Shown: in pieces, positions 20,504 to 32,175 of the stretch
How the letters are laid out: every line of letters begins with the position of its first letter
Position numbering within the stretch: position 1 is the first letter of the stretch
Assembly (NCBI RefSeq): GCF_963921235.1
Contig: NC_086109.1
Span: 21,950,001-22,014,000 of the forward strand
Direction: 5' to 3'
DNA from: Mobula hypostoma
Taxonomy: Eukaryota
Length of the DNA stretch: 64,000 nt
Translations under genes and position numbers: made by a program
Notes under the pieces: generated by a model
What the model was told of the DNA's origin: nothing
Databases searched by the model: none
What the model saw: the letters and a program-made list of their open reading frames with translations, nothing else

Positions 20504-23366
20504 AACAACAGGAATTCTGCAGATGCTGGAAATTCAAGCAACATACATCAAAGTTGCTGGTGAACGCAGCAGGCCAAGCAGCATCTATAGGAAGAGGCGC
20601 AGTCGACGTTTCAGGCCGAGACCCTTCGTCAGGACTAACTGAAGGAAGAGTGAGTAAGGGATTTGAAAGCTGGAGGGGGAGGGGGAGATGCAAAATGATA
20701 GGAGAAGACAGGAGGGGGAGGGATAGAGCCGAGAGCTGGACAGGTGTTGGGCAAAAGGGGATACGAGAGGATCATGGGACAGGAGGTCCGGGAAGAAAGA
20801 CAAGGGGGGGGGGTGACCCAGAGGATGGGCAAGAGGTATATTCAGAGGGACAGAGGGAGAAAAAGGAGAGTGAGAGAAAGAATGTGTGCATAAAAATGAG
20901 TAACAGATGGGGTACGAGGGGGAGGTGGGGCCTTAGCAGAAGTTAGAGAAGTCAATGTTCATGCCATCAGGTTGGAGGCTACCCAGACGGAATATAAGGT
21001 GTTGTTCCTCCAACCTGAGTGTGGCTTCATCTTGACAGTAGAGGAGGCCGTGGATAGACATGTCAGAATGGGAATGGGATGTGAAATTAAAATGTGTGGC
21101 CACTGGGAGATCCTGCTTTCTCTGGCGGACAGAGCGTAGATGTTCAGCAAAGCGGTCTCCCAGTCTGCGTCGGGTCTCACCAATATATAAAAGGCCACAT
21201 TGGGAGCACCGGACGCAGTATATCACCCCAGTCGACTCACAGGTGAAGTGATGCCTCACCTGGAAGGACTGTTTGGGGCCCTGAATGGTGGTAAGGGAGG
21301 AAGTGTAAGGGCATGTGTAGCACTTGTTCCGCTTACACGGATAAGTGCCAGGAGGGAGATCAGTGGGGAAGGATGGGGGGGACGAATGGACAAGGGAGTT
21401 GTGTAGGGAGCGATCCCTGCGGAATGCAGAGAGAGGGGGGGAGGGAAAGATGTGCTTAGTGGTGGGATCCCGTTGGAGGTGGCGGAAGTTACGGAGAATA
21501 ATATGTTGGACCCGGAGGTTGGTAGGGTGGTAGGTGAGGACCAGGGGAACCCTATTCCTAGTGGGGTGGTGGGAGGATGGAGTGAGAGCAGATGTATGTG
21601 AAATGGGGGAGATGCGTTTAAGAGCAGAGTTGATAGTGGAGGAAGGGAAGCCCCTTTCTTTAAAAAAGGAAGACATCTCCCTCGTCCTAGAATGAAAAGC
21701 CTCATCCTGAGAGCAGATGCGGCGGAGACGGAGGAATTGCGAGAAGGGGAGGGCGTTTTTGCAAGAGACAGGGTGAGAAGAGGAATAGTCCAGATAGCTG
21801 TGAGAGTCAGCAGGCTTATAGTAGACATCAGTGGATAAGCTGTCTCCAGAGACAGAGACAGAAAGATCTAGAAAGGGGAGGGAGGTGTCGGAAATGGACC
21901 AGGTAAACTTGAGGGCAGGGTGAAAGTTGGAGGCAAAGTTAATAAAGTCAACGAGTTCTGCATGCGTGCAGGAAGCAGCGCCAATGCAGTCGTCGATGTA
22001 GCGAAGGAAAAGTGGGGGACAGATACCTGAATAGGCACGGAACATAGATTGTTCCACAAACCCAACAAAAAGGCAGGCATAGCTAGGACCCATAGGGGTG
22101 CCCGTAGCTACACCTTTAGTTTGGAGGAAATGGGAGGAGCAAAAGGAGAAATTATTAAGAGTAAGGACTAATTCCGCTAGACGGAGCAGAGTGGTGGTAG
22201 AGGGGAACTGATTAGGTCTGGAATCCAAAAAGAAGCGTAGAGCTTTGAGACCTTCCTGATGGGGGATGGAAGTATATAAGGACTGGACATCCATGGTGAA
22301 AATAAAGCGGTGGGGGCCAGGGAACTTAAAATCATCGAAAAGTTTAAGAGCGTGAGAAGTGTCACGAACATAGGTCGGAAGGGATTGAACAAGGGGTGAT
22401 AAAACAGTGTCGAGGTATGCAGAAACGAGTTCGGTGGGGCAGGAGCAAGCTGAGACAATAGGTCAGCCAGGACAGGCAGGTTTGTGGATCTTGGGTAGGA
22501 GGTAGAAACGGGAAGTGCGGGGTGTGGGAACTATAAGGTTGGTAGCAGTGGATGGGAGATCCCCTGAGCGGATAAAGTCGGTGATAGTGTGGGAGACAAT
22601 GGCCTGGTGCTCCTTAGTGGGGTCACGATCGAGGGGTAAATAAGAGGAGGTATCCGCGAGTTGTCGCTGTGCCTCGGCAAGGTAGAGGTCAGTACGCCAG
22701 ACTACAACAGCACCCCCCTTATCAGCGGGTTTAATAATAAGGTTAGGATTAGTGCGGAGGGAGTGGAGAGCAGAACGTTCCGAAGGAGTGAGGTTGGAAT
22801 GGGGACAAGGTGCGGTGAAGTCGAGACGGTTGATGTCCCGTCGGCAGTTGGCAATAAAGAGATCCAGAGCAGGCAGAAGACCAGAGCGGGGTGTCCATGA
22901 AGAAGAGGAGGGTTGAAGACGGGAGAAGGGGTCATCGGTGGGGGTGGAAGAGTCCTTGCCGAAGAAGTAGGCTCGGAGACGGAGACGGCGGAAGAAAAGT
23001 TCCGCATCATGGCGAACACGGAACTCACTGAGGTGTGGGCGAAGGGGGACAAAGGTGAGGCCCTTACTGAGAACAGAGCGTTCTGCCTCCGACAGTTGAA
23101 GGTCGGAGGGGATGGTAAAGACCCGGCACGGATGAGAGCTGGGATCAGAGGGGGGAGGGGGGAGGCTGGGTGTGTCAATGGAGAGGGGAGGGTTGGGGTG
23201 AGAGGAAGATGGAGCCTCTGAGGGCCCAGGAGCTGACGGTGGGATCTGAGGGAGACGGGATTGCAGAGTATTGGTGGGGGAAGGGGAGATGGGAGTCACA
23301 ACAGCAGCACATAAAGACCCGGCCTGGAGTTCAAGGCTGGAATCTTGAGAGCTGGGATCAGAGGGG
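20504..23366 (-). mobile_element. Penelope-like element (RT plus GIY-YIG endonuclease), 5'-truncated, one in-frame stop, 12-bp TSD
   Basis: ORFs 22463-23371 and 20933-22294 are in the same frame and separated only by TGA at 22463-22465. Motifs: LSKGLTF, IKPADKGGAVVV, FYLLPKIHK, MDVQSLYTSI, GVATGTPMGP, RYIDD, FLDL, VIYC..C..C..LYIGET.R.L..RF.EH. TSD ATCAAGGACGCA at 20492-20503 and 23367-23378. Confidence 0.96.
20601..20636 (-). ncRNA. Minimal type I hammerhead ribozyme motif in the Penelope terminal repeat
   Basis: aguc-CUGACGA-a-gggucucggccu-GAAA-cg-UC-gacu: 4-bp stem I, conserved core, short stem II, loopless palindromic ACGU stem III, GUC cleavage triplet. Confidence 0.7.
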
Positions 23367-23770
23367 ATCAAGGACGCATCTCACCCTAACCACGGACTTC
23401 TTACTCTCCTCCCATCCGGTAGGCGCTACAGGAGCCTCCGCTCCTGCACCAGCAGGCACAGGAAGAGCTTCTTCCCTGAGGCTGTGACACTGCTGAATTT
23501 CACATCACAGCGCTAAGCAGTATTGCACCCATATTGTACTGTCTTAGTACTTTTATATTTGTGTGCTGTAGCACTTACTTTTTATTCGCAGTTATTTTGT
23601 AAATAACACTGTTCTTTGCATTTCTGGTCAGATGCTAAATGCATTTCATTGGCTTTGTGTCTGTACTCGGCACAATGCCAATAAAGTTGAATCTGATCTA
23701 ATCTAATAATGAACAATTTCCAGCTCTTCTCTAGATGGTACTGTACATATCATGACCCCCCCCCCCCTAT

Positions 23771-24022
23771 CAATAGACAATAGACAATAGACAATAGGTG
23801 CAGGAGTAGGCCATTTGGCCCTTCGAGCCAGCACTGCCATTCACTGTGATCATGGCTGATCATCCACAATCAGTATCCAACTCCTGCCTTATCCCCATAA
23901 CCTTTGATTCTGCTATCTTTAAGAGCTCTTTCCATCTCTTTCTTGAAAGCATCCAGCGACTTGGCCTCCACTGTCTTCTGGGGCAGAGCATTCCACACAT
24001 CCACCACTCTCTGGGTGAAAAT
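23771..24022 (-). mobile_element. CR1 3' end fragment
   Basis: (caataga)n tail followed by the reverse complement of the CR1 3' end seen at 2630-2845. Confidence 0.85.
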
Positions 24023-24199
24023 CCCTGTGTGAATTGGACAATTATCAGCGTACTAGAGTTTTGGTACAGGGGCATATGTGAGACAAATGCAGCCTGACAG
24101 TGGTTCATTCTGGGATGAAAAATTTGACCAATGAGGAAATGTTCAGTATGTGAGTTCAATATTGCTCAGAAGAAAGAAGGGGTCCACAATGAATTGATG

Positions 24200-24750
24200 C
24201 ATGGGATTGATAGAACAGATGCAGAAAGACTGTTTCCCATTGTCATGGACCTAGAATAAAGGGGCAAAGGTTTGCAATATGGGGTTATCCACATATGATG
24301 GAAGTCTGGAAGAATGTTTCCCTCACAGGATTGTGGACATTTAGAATTCTTTACCCCTCATAGTAGTGGAGGCAGAGTCAATGAAATTATTCAAAATACT
24401 CAGGGATACCCACACCTGATTATACAGCACTTTGACCACTTTGCACTACAATTGACTTGATATTTTATTTGTTTTAATTATATTCTTTCTTGTAGAAAAC
24501 TGTATAATATATTATATATAATTTACATTTTATTTGTGAATGTTGCATATCTGATGTTATGTGCCTATGATGCTCCTGCATCAGGTCTTTTCCTTTCTCC
24601 TGCCCATATGACAATAGTTTGACTTGCAACTTTCAATGTGAAGCACACAGGCAGGCGGGGCTGAGTCAATGCAGATCACCTGTGATCTTGCTGAATGACA
24701 AAGCTGACTCAAGGGGTGAAAAGACTTAGTCCTGTTTCTATTTCATAGAT
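24200..24750 (+). mobile_element. Old CR1 3' fragment with an embedded Rex-type tail (about 24405-24630)
   Basis: Degenerate similarity to 2500-2850; the inner part resembles 17400-17520. Confidence 0.5.
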
Positions 24751-25084
24751 ACAGCAAGACATAAATGTGACACTTTGCCAAGCAATGACACCTCTAATGT
24801 GGAAGAGTATAACCACTGTGGTTGACAGTGAGTAACAATCTTATCATAAGTGTTAATTCCGACCACACAAAAAAAATGTTTCCAATGAGCAAAGCAATAG
24901 ACCCACATAATAAACTATACTGTGATTATATTTTATCCCTCCTTTCATTAAGAATGTTACATTTCTCATAGGTAATTTTGTCATTTTTACAAACTTAATT
25001 TTAAATCACCCTTTAAGACTATACCCATAATTTTGTATTTATTGCAAATTATATTATGCAAAAAATAGCCTTTCAGTTGTTCTA

Positions 25085-25305
25085 GCAACATACATCAAAG
25101 TTGCTGGTGAACGCAGCAGGCCAAGCAGCATCTATAGGAAGAGGCGCAGTCGACGTTTCAGGCCGAGACCCTTCGTCAGGACTAACTGAAGGAAGAGTGA
25201 GTAAGGGATTTGAAAGCTGGAGGGGGAGGGGGAGATGCAAAATGATAGGAGAAGACAGGAGGGGGAGGGATAGAGCCAAGAGCTGGACAGGTGATAGGCA
25301 AAAGG
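25085..25305 (-). mobile_element. Short young Penelope terminal-repeat insertion with 9-bp TSD
   Basis: Near-identical to 20538-20758; GTTGTTCTA at 25076-25084 and 25306-25314. Confidence 0.92.
25148..25183 (-). ncRNA. Minimal hammerhead ribozyme motif
   Basis: Sequence identical to 20601-20636. Confidence 0.7.
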
Positions 25306-25494
25306 GTTGTTCTAATGAGTTCATCGATCTGCGTCTTGTTGATTTTCCTTCCAATGCTAACTGTCCTCTCTGAAGTATAAAACTGCTTTCCTCAAACAAT
25401 ATTGTCCATTAGCTTGGCCACCAGCACCATGATTAGTAATATGTAATAACCACCATGCTTGGGCAGGTGATCGTGATAATTAAAGTGGTGGACA

Positions 25495-26537
25495 ACATAA
25501 CATACCCTCTAATTTTTTTTCACAGTTGTGCAGACCAACCACTGCCCTGAGCAGGAAATTTTTATACAAAATAGCTGCTCAAACTTTAATTTTTTTGATA
25601 TATGCATACCATGAAAATTGAAAAATTACATACCTTTGAATTTATTTATTAATTGAAAGATATAATGAAATAGAGTTCAAGAAAGAAAATCTTTCATGTT
25701 TCATAAGCTTTTAATCTTCTACGGTGTCAGAGTTCATCAGGCCAGAGGTTTACTAACAATGAGCTAGCATTAAAAGTTGCGGGGAGAAGGCCGGGGAGTG
25801 GGTCTGAGGAGGAGAAAGAAAGATCAGCCGAGATTGAATGGTGGAACAGCCTTGATGGGCCAAATGGCCTATTTCTGCTCAAATGTCTTATGGTCTTACA
25901 GACTTCTTTCTGTTTTTATCATTACAATTTGTAACAGTGTTGTAACTTGAAACACTGACAATGTAAGTACAGTACACTTAAGTTCTAAAATGTTTCAAAA
26001 CAAAGGCTGTGGTACATCTATTATTTAGAAATATAGGGATTATATTCATAGCACATAATTAATTATAGGGTATTTCTCAATTATGTTAACATAGATTTCA
26101 AAATTATATTTGCATAATTTCAAAATTATGTGTGTTGGCATGTGGCCAAGTGGTTAAGGCGTCGGTCTAGTGATCTGGAGGTCGCTAGTTCAAGCCTTGG
26201 CTGAGGCAGCATGTTGTGTCCTTGAGCAAGGCACTTAACCACACATTGCTCTGCGACAACACCGGTGCCAGGCTGTATTGGCCCTAGTGCCCTTCCCTTG
26301 GACAACATCTGTGGCATGGAGAGGGGAGATTTGCAACATGGGCAACTGCTGGTCTTCCATACAACCTTGTCCAGGCCTGCACCCTGGAAACCTTCCAAGG
26401 CGCAAGTCCATCGTCTCACAAGACTAACGGATGCCTAAAGAAGATATTAATATTGTATGAAAGAAAATTTCAGTTGCACTTGGGAACATTTCAGTTACTG
26501 TGTGGCTATGCACTTGCACAGCTTAGAGGGAACAATG
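25495..26537. mobile_element. Probable non-autonomous hAT-like DNA transposon containing a CR1 tail (about 25780-25900) and a SINE
   Basis: Inverted termini ccctctaa (25505) and ttagagggaacaatg (26523-26537). The left TIR and TSD are degenerate (gtggtggac versus gtggtgac). Confidence 0.5.
26128..26440 (+). mobile_element. tRNA-derived SINE
   Basis: A-box TGGCCAAGTGG and B-box-like 'agttcaagcc' at tRNA spacing, followed by a body of about 240 nt unrelated to tRNA. Confidence 0.8.
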
Positions 26538-26689
26538 GTGGTGACCATATAAACTGTAAACTTCCGTGCATTTGTTAAGAAAATAGTAATGCAGAAGGTT
26601 ACATATGTATGTTTCTTTCATTATTGGAATTACAGTCATAGTTATATTTCTATTTACAGAATTTTGCATCTGTTTTTAATATTCTAACA

Positions 26690-28130
26690 AATGCCTAAAT
26701 GAGGCCAAAATTATGACTGCCTTTCTTTTTCAAATCCACTCCTTCCTATATTTTCATATCCCTTAATTCCCTTAACATGCGAAACTTAATTAATTACAAC
26801 TTTTAATTCTGTTCAGTGACTCAACATTCACTACACCAGGACGGAGAACACCAAAGATACAGAATACATTGAGTGAAGAAATTTCTCCTTATCTCAATCC
26901 AAGATTGATATCCTTATTTCTGGACTACCTGACCAGGTGAAACATAATTTAACTTAATGAACTACCGTAGGAATTATTGATTTTGAGCAATTATCAGAAC
27001 TGTGTAGGGAATATAGTCCTAATCTTTTCACTTTCTCATCAGAGGATAACCTTTTCATCCCAAGAATCATCCTGGTAAACCTTCATTATATCTCTTCAAG
27101 GCATATGGTTAGGGAAAACAAAAATGTGTTAAGCTCTTCAGATGTAATCTCACCAAAGGACAATACAATTGGTCTATAAAATTGCAGCCATATTCCATCC
27201 TTATATCTGAAATGTCTTGTAATGAAACTACTTCAAATGTAATCCGTTTGAATGAATGGTCTTAAATCTCAAATATTAACTTCATTTCTCTTTTCGTAAG
27301 AAATGTTGAGTGTTTCTAATTTTTTTTTGTTTTTATTCCAATATGCTCCCAAAGTTACACATGGTAGTTTTGTTTTATATATGCAAAAGAGAGACAGGCA
27401 GTTAGGACTGAAATTAAGAGAAATGTCTTTGCCCAAATGTTGTTGAACTTTTGGAATTCTCTACCCTGGAAGGCCTGTGGAAACTTGGTTGATAATGCCA
27501 TTAAAATTTGGGTCAGTAGATTTTTGGATGATCAAGAGATGTTGCGGTAAGGTGGTGTTTAAAACAGAAGATCATCTATGATTTTGTGGTGAACCGCATG
27601 TAGATGTAGCAAATAATTAAGAGGTCATATGGTATATTAGGTTGTATTACCACAAGGTTTAAGAAAGGAAGTCCTATTTTAATGATATAAGGCCTGAGTG
27701 AGATCATATCCAGAATATTGTGTACAGCTTTGGTTCTTGTTACCTAAGAAAATAAGTTGATGCCATTGAGAAAGTGCAGCATTTATTCTCCAGACAGGTT
27801 CCATGGATGATAGAGTGCCTAGGAGGAAATACTGACCAATTATGGACTGCTTTCTTTAGTTTAGTAGAATGAGATCTTCTTCAAACTTAAAGACCTTGCA
27901 GATTAGATGCTGGGAAAATGTTTCCTTTGGCCAGGGAATGTAGGATCTGTGGTTGCGGGGGAGGGGATACCATTTAAGACAGGATATTTAAGACAGGCAT
28001 GAGGAGAAATGTTTTGATTCAGAAGGTAGGGAATGCTCGGAATTCTTTTTGCCATAATGCTGTGGAATCTGTCATTGTGTTCATTCAAAACAGGGTCATC
28101 AGCATTCTGATGTAGAGAAGTCAAAATGTT
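26690..28130. mobile_element. Cluster of old CR1 fragments (minus about 26690-27230; plus about 27390-28130)
   Basis: Degenerate matches such as 'gaatattgtgtacagctttggtt' and 'tggaattctctaccc'. Confidence 0.55.
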
Positions 28131-28134
28131 CACT

Positions 28135-29130
28135 ATCCACAAAAGAGCTCAGAATAAACTATCTGTTTCAGGAGTTTGGTGTCAAACAACTTGGCCTGCC
28201 TAAAGTAACTGACTGAGAGTAACTGGGGCCTCAGTGATGTGGTTGTCAGCTTGATAGAGGGCACTGGCACTGGCTCACTTACACTGCTAGTCAAGTGGGC
28301 AAATTTTCTGCAGATAATGATGGTACAGTAATGTTTTTTTTCAGTGGTTTGGGATGCTTCGATACGTCGTCCAGGTCTTAAAAGCATGCAGTGGGCAGGA
28401 CACAGTAGGTCGTGATTTTGCTGACAAGTCCGGGGTCTCGATTTTCAAGTACTGTTTTCTTCAAACAATCAAACACTGTGTTGACATATTAAAGACAATG
28501 ATGAATTCCATCATTGATGTCTACACTTTACGGTAGCTCCCAAGGTATGGGAGATGGTCCACATTTTTTAGGGTCATGCTGTCACGGAGGCCAAGAGGAC
28601 CAGGTTGGTGGAAGGCGTTAATCTGCAGACGCTGAGTGTGAGGCCTTCATATATTCTTCAGTGAACAAATTGACAATTCCTTGGAGCTTGGCCACCAAGT
28701 GTGTACAAATGAAAGTATTGTCCGCATCCTGTTTAACTACTGTGTAATCGGCATAGATTGGCTCATGTGTTGTAAAGACTAGATCCATTCCCACAGGAAG
28801 TATGATGGAAGTGAGATGGAACATTTTGGTATGGAAGATTGAGGAAAGTGTTGGGGCAATTTGACCTTTACTGAGGTTGGTCTTGCTCACCAGGTGACAA
28901 GAGAAATGCTGGGAACAGCACTAACCATGATACTCAATCTCATCAATGCTTTTGATTCCATCAGTTGTGAAAGACTGTAGAACATCCTTCTTACATTTAG
29001 TTGTATATGGAAACACGTCTCCATGTTGTTGCTCTTTAGCATATAAACTTGTGGAAAAGATAGAAGATTGAGAAAGGAAGTGAGTTTGGAAATATTGAGA
29101 TAATATACTTTTTTGAGGCACTTTACCAGC
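28135..29130 (-). mobile_element. Decayed RTE-clade LINE RT/C-terminal region
   Basis: Minus translations give DADNTFICTHLVAKLQGIVNLFTEEY, IAPTLSSIF and DTKLLKQIVYSEL. Confidence 0.75.
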
Positions 29131-29314
29131 TCACTGCGTGGCATGATGTGTCTGGTTGGCACACAAACCAAAATCTTTTCACTGTATTGTTACCTGTGAC
29201 AATAATTGTTTATAAAGGGATTTTAATTACAATTTTTTAAATCAAACATCTTTACTCGGGGTAAGTGGGAAATAAATCATTTGCAGCCAATCTCCAGTGT
29301 TGCGGATAAGTCAC

Positions 29315-30300
29315 AGTCAGGGGTGTGTGCTTAGCCCACTGCTCTACTTTCTCTATACCCATGACTGTGTGGCTAGATTTAGCTCAAATGCCATCTATAA
29401 ATTTGCTGATGATACAACCACTGTTGGCAGAATCTCAGATGGTAATGAGAGGGTGTAGAGAAGTGAGATATACCAGCAAGTGGAGTGGTGTCACAGCAAA
29501 AACCTTGCATTCAACGTCAGTAGAACCAAATTGCTGATTTTGGACTTCAGGAAAGGAAGACGAGGGAACATGAACCAACCCTAATAGAAGGATCAGAAGT
29601 GGAGAGAGTGAGCAATTTCAAATTCCTGGGTGTCAAGATCGCTGATGATTTAACCTGGTCCCAACATATCGATGCAGCTATAAAGAAGGCAAGACAGTGG
29701 CTGTATTTCATTAGGAGTTTGGGGAGATTCGGTTTGTCACCGACAACACTAGAAAACTTCTATTGATGCACTGTGGAGAGTATTCCTACAGGCTGTATCA
29801 CTATTTGTCATGGGGGAGGGGTGGCAACGGCACAGGATCGAAAGAAGCTACGGAAAGTTGTAGAATTAGTCAGCCCCATCTTGGGTACTAGTCTCCATAG
29901 TATCCAAGACATCGTCATGGAGCGGTGCCTCAGTAAGGTGGCATCCATTATTAAGGACCCCCATCACCCAAGACAAGCCTTCTTCCCGTTGTTACCGGCA
30001 GGGAGGTTGGACAAAAGCCTGAAGGCAACACTCAGCAATTCAGGAACATCTTCTTCCCCTCTGTCATTAGAGTCCTAAATGGACATCGAACCCATAAACA
30101 ACACCTCACTTTTTAATATATTATTTCTGTTTTTGCAACTTTTTTAAAACTAACTTTTTAATTATACATATATATACTTACTGTAATTGGCTTATTTAGT
30201 TATTTTCTCTATATTATCAAGCGGCTTCTATCGTACTGCTGACGCTAAATTAACAACATTCCACGACATATGCTGATGATAGTAAATCTGATTCTGATTT
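29315..30300 (+). mobile_element. Rex1/Babar-type LINE 3' part
   Basis: YKFADDTT, FKFLGVKIADDLTWS and ESIPTGCITICHG...AQDRKKL; tail aatctgattctgatt. Confidence 0.85.
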
Positions 30301-30334
30301 GAAAGCACGTCCTTCACCTTTAAGAGAATGTGGC

Positions 30335-30756
30335 CCATATGTGATTGACATAATCATTCACCAATCGCAAATGTCAGGGACGGGGTATTAAGTAGAAAGT
30401 TCGCCGCACGGTCTGGAGGTAGCATTTGATTGACGTTGACGTAGACCAGTAATAATCCAGGATGCTTCCTGGGACTGTCGAATGGCGGCGGGCTGAAGGC
30501 GGGGCCGCTGTTGGAAGTGGGAGGGGGTCAGATCAGTGGCGGGTGCTGAGAATGGGAGCTTTGTGTTGGTGGGGAATCGTGCGGTTGCGAGTGTCCCAGC
30601 TTCGCTGATCGAGACCCGAGGGCGCCGAGTGGCAGAGCCGCTTGTCAGCGTAACGCCGCGTCCCGGCAGCCTTCATCTTCTGTTTGTTGTATTGTGTGGG
30701 GTTGAGGGGGAGGGGTGGGGGGAATTGTTTTGTTGCCTTCGACCGTGGGATTTAAG
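30335..30756 (+). promoter_or_regulatory. CpG-rich promoter and 5' UTR of the LRIG-family gene
   Basis: Abrupt rise in CpG/GC content; CCAAT at 30361, TGACG half-sites at 30431-30442, GC-box-like GGCGGGG at about 30498, YY1-like ATGGCG motifs at 30482 and 30757. Confidence 0.75.
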
Positions 30757-30935
30757 ATGGCGCCTGGGCCTTGGGCTGGCCTCCGGATCGCCTTACGGCT
30801 GCTCTGCGCCTCTCTGCTCCTGGCGCGGACTTCAGCGTGCCCCCTGCAATGCTCTTGCGCCGATGGCCTGGTGGACTGCAGCAGGCGCCGGGCGACTGAG
30901 ATTCCTCAGCACCTTCCAGCGTGGGTCACGCAACT
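30757..30935 (+). CDS. LRIG2: First coding exon of an LRIG-family (leucine-rich repeats and Ig-like domains) gene; LRIG2 favoured, LRIG3 not excluded
   Basis: Kozak aagATGG. MAPGPWAGLRIALRLLCASLLLARTSA is a signal peptide, followed by the LRRNT cap CPLQCSCADGLVDCSRRRATEIPQHLPAWVTQL. It ends at a phase-2 donor CT|GTGAGT, the position typical before the first LRR. The paralog assignment is from memory of the family (MAP start, DCSRR) and is tentative. Confidence 0.8.
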
Positions 30936-31427
30936 GTGAGTAACGGCATGGGTGTGAGAGCTTGTTTGTTTTCTCGGGGTATTAGGGGAAATGTGATATT
31001 AATTGGCGTCCGTTTTGTCTTTGCTCAAAGAAGTAAAGTAGTGTGACAGGAAGGGCTCTGTATATCCAGCATTTTGTATTACAGCAAAAAACAAACCCAC
31101 GAACTAGGAATCTAGTGAGACCTGAGATTATATTAGTATTTTACAAGCTCTTCAAAACAAGTGGCATCCCAAAATGATTGTACGTGTACACTTCGAATAG
31201 TTCGTTCCATTTACTTGACACAATCTACTTGGCAAACCACTTTTTCAGTAGTTTGCGGATAAACACCAAGTAATGGGACTCGCAAAGTTATTAAACACTG
31301 AAGCCTTAAATCCTGTAAGAAGAGAGTGTATTCTTACGAAATCTGTCTAAACTGCTGCTGTTGGCACAAATGTCTGAAAATTCATTCTTTATTGTCTAGC
31401 TGCAGATTCTACGATAAATAACTTATT

Positions 31428-31585
31428 CTGAAAATCAAGGAGGAAAAGCAGATGTTGGGAATGTAAAACAGAAAATACTCAGCAGCATCAACGAGAGAGA
31501 AATTAGTTAACATTTTAGACGCTTCTGTTTCTCTTCCCAGCAGTAGCCTGGCCTACTGAGTATTTCCAGCATTTTCTGTTTTTAT
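31428..31585. repeat. Small fold-back Penelope-terminus derivative
   Basis: 'aaaacagaaaatactcag' versus 'ctgagtatttccagcattttctgtttt'. Confidence 0.55.
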
Positions 31586-31704
31586 ATTACATTATTCACC
31601 CAGCTGGCAACGGTTACACTGCATTTCAGTACTTCGAGTTTTCGATCAACCCATCAGTACTGGGTCTCTGAACAGATGATATTTTTACTGTTAAAGTCTT
31701 AGAC

Positions 31705-32175
31705 TAATACACCATGGAAACAAGCCCTTCAGCCCAAATTGTAAGTCCTCCCTGCAGTCCCAGTTGTCAGCAATCAGCCCATAACCTTTTGAACCTGTGC
31801 TTTCCATGCATCTATTCAATTTAATACCTCTTAAAAGTTGCAATTGTACCTATCTCATCCAATCTCTCTGGCAGCTTATTTCAGGTACTCGCTATGCAAG
31901 GAAGTTATCTCTCAGGTGATTCTTGAATATATTTCCCTCTTATCCTGTATTTGGGCCCTCTAGTTTTGGATTACTCCCCCATACCCAAGGGAAAAGTCTT
32001 ATCCATACCATCTCATGATTTTACATGCTTCTGAGGTCACCCCTCATTCTCTGCGTTCCAAGGAATAAAGATCCAGTGTTGCAAACATCTCCCCCTAACG
32101 CAGACCCTCAAGTCCAGGTAGCATCCTTGGAAATCTCTTCTACCCGCTCCCCATCTTGACGATGTCTTTCCTATG
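31705..32175 (-). mobile_element. Old CR1 3' fragment
   Basis: Colinear similarity to 39860-40350. Confidence 0.65.

Larger units (their letters stand above)
20130..23705 (+). mobile_element. Rex1/Babar-type LINE 3' part (20130-20503 and 23367-23705), split by a Penelope insertion
   Basis: ERVSSFKVLGVHISKDLTWS and FYRCTIESILTNCISVWYG...KSIIKDA, which continues as SHPNHGLLTLLPSGRRYRS after 23378; tail aataaagttgaatctgatctaatcta. Confidence 0.88.

Noticed and set aside
20093..20563. 156-aa ORF as a host gene
   Set aside because: It is a chimera of Rex1-type C-terminal coding sequence and the Penelope terminus.
26135..26205. Possible tRNA gene
   Set aside because: No acceptor stem or oligo-T terminator; it continues into a SINE body.
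30536..30943. 135-aa ORF over the CpG island
   Set aside because: It is an alternative frame with a GTG start in GC-rich DNA. The signal peptide/LRRNT frame from 30757 explains the locus.
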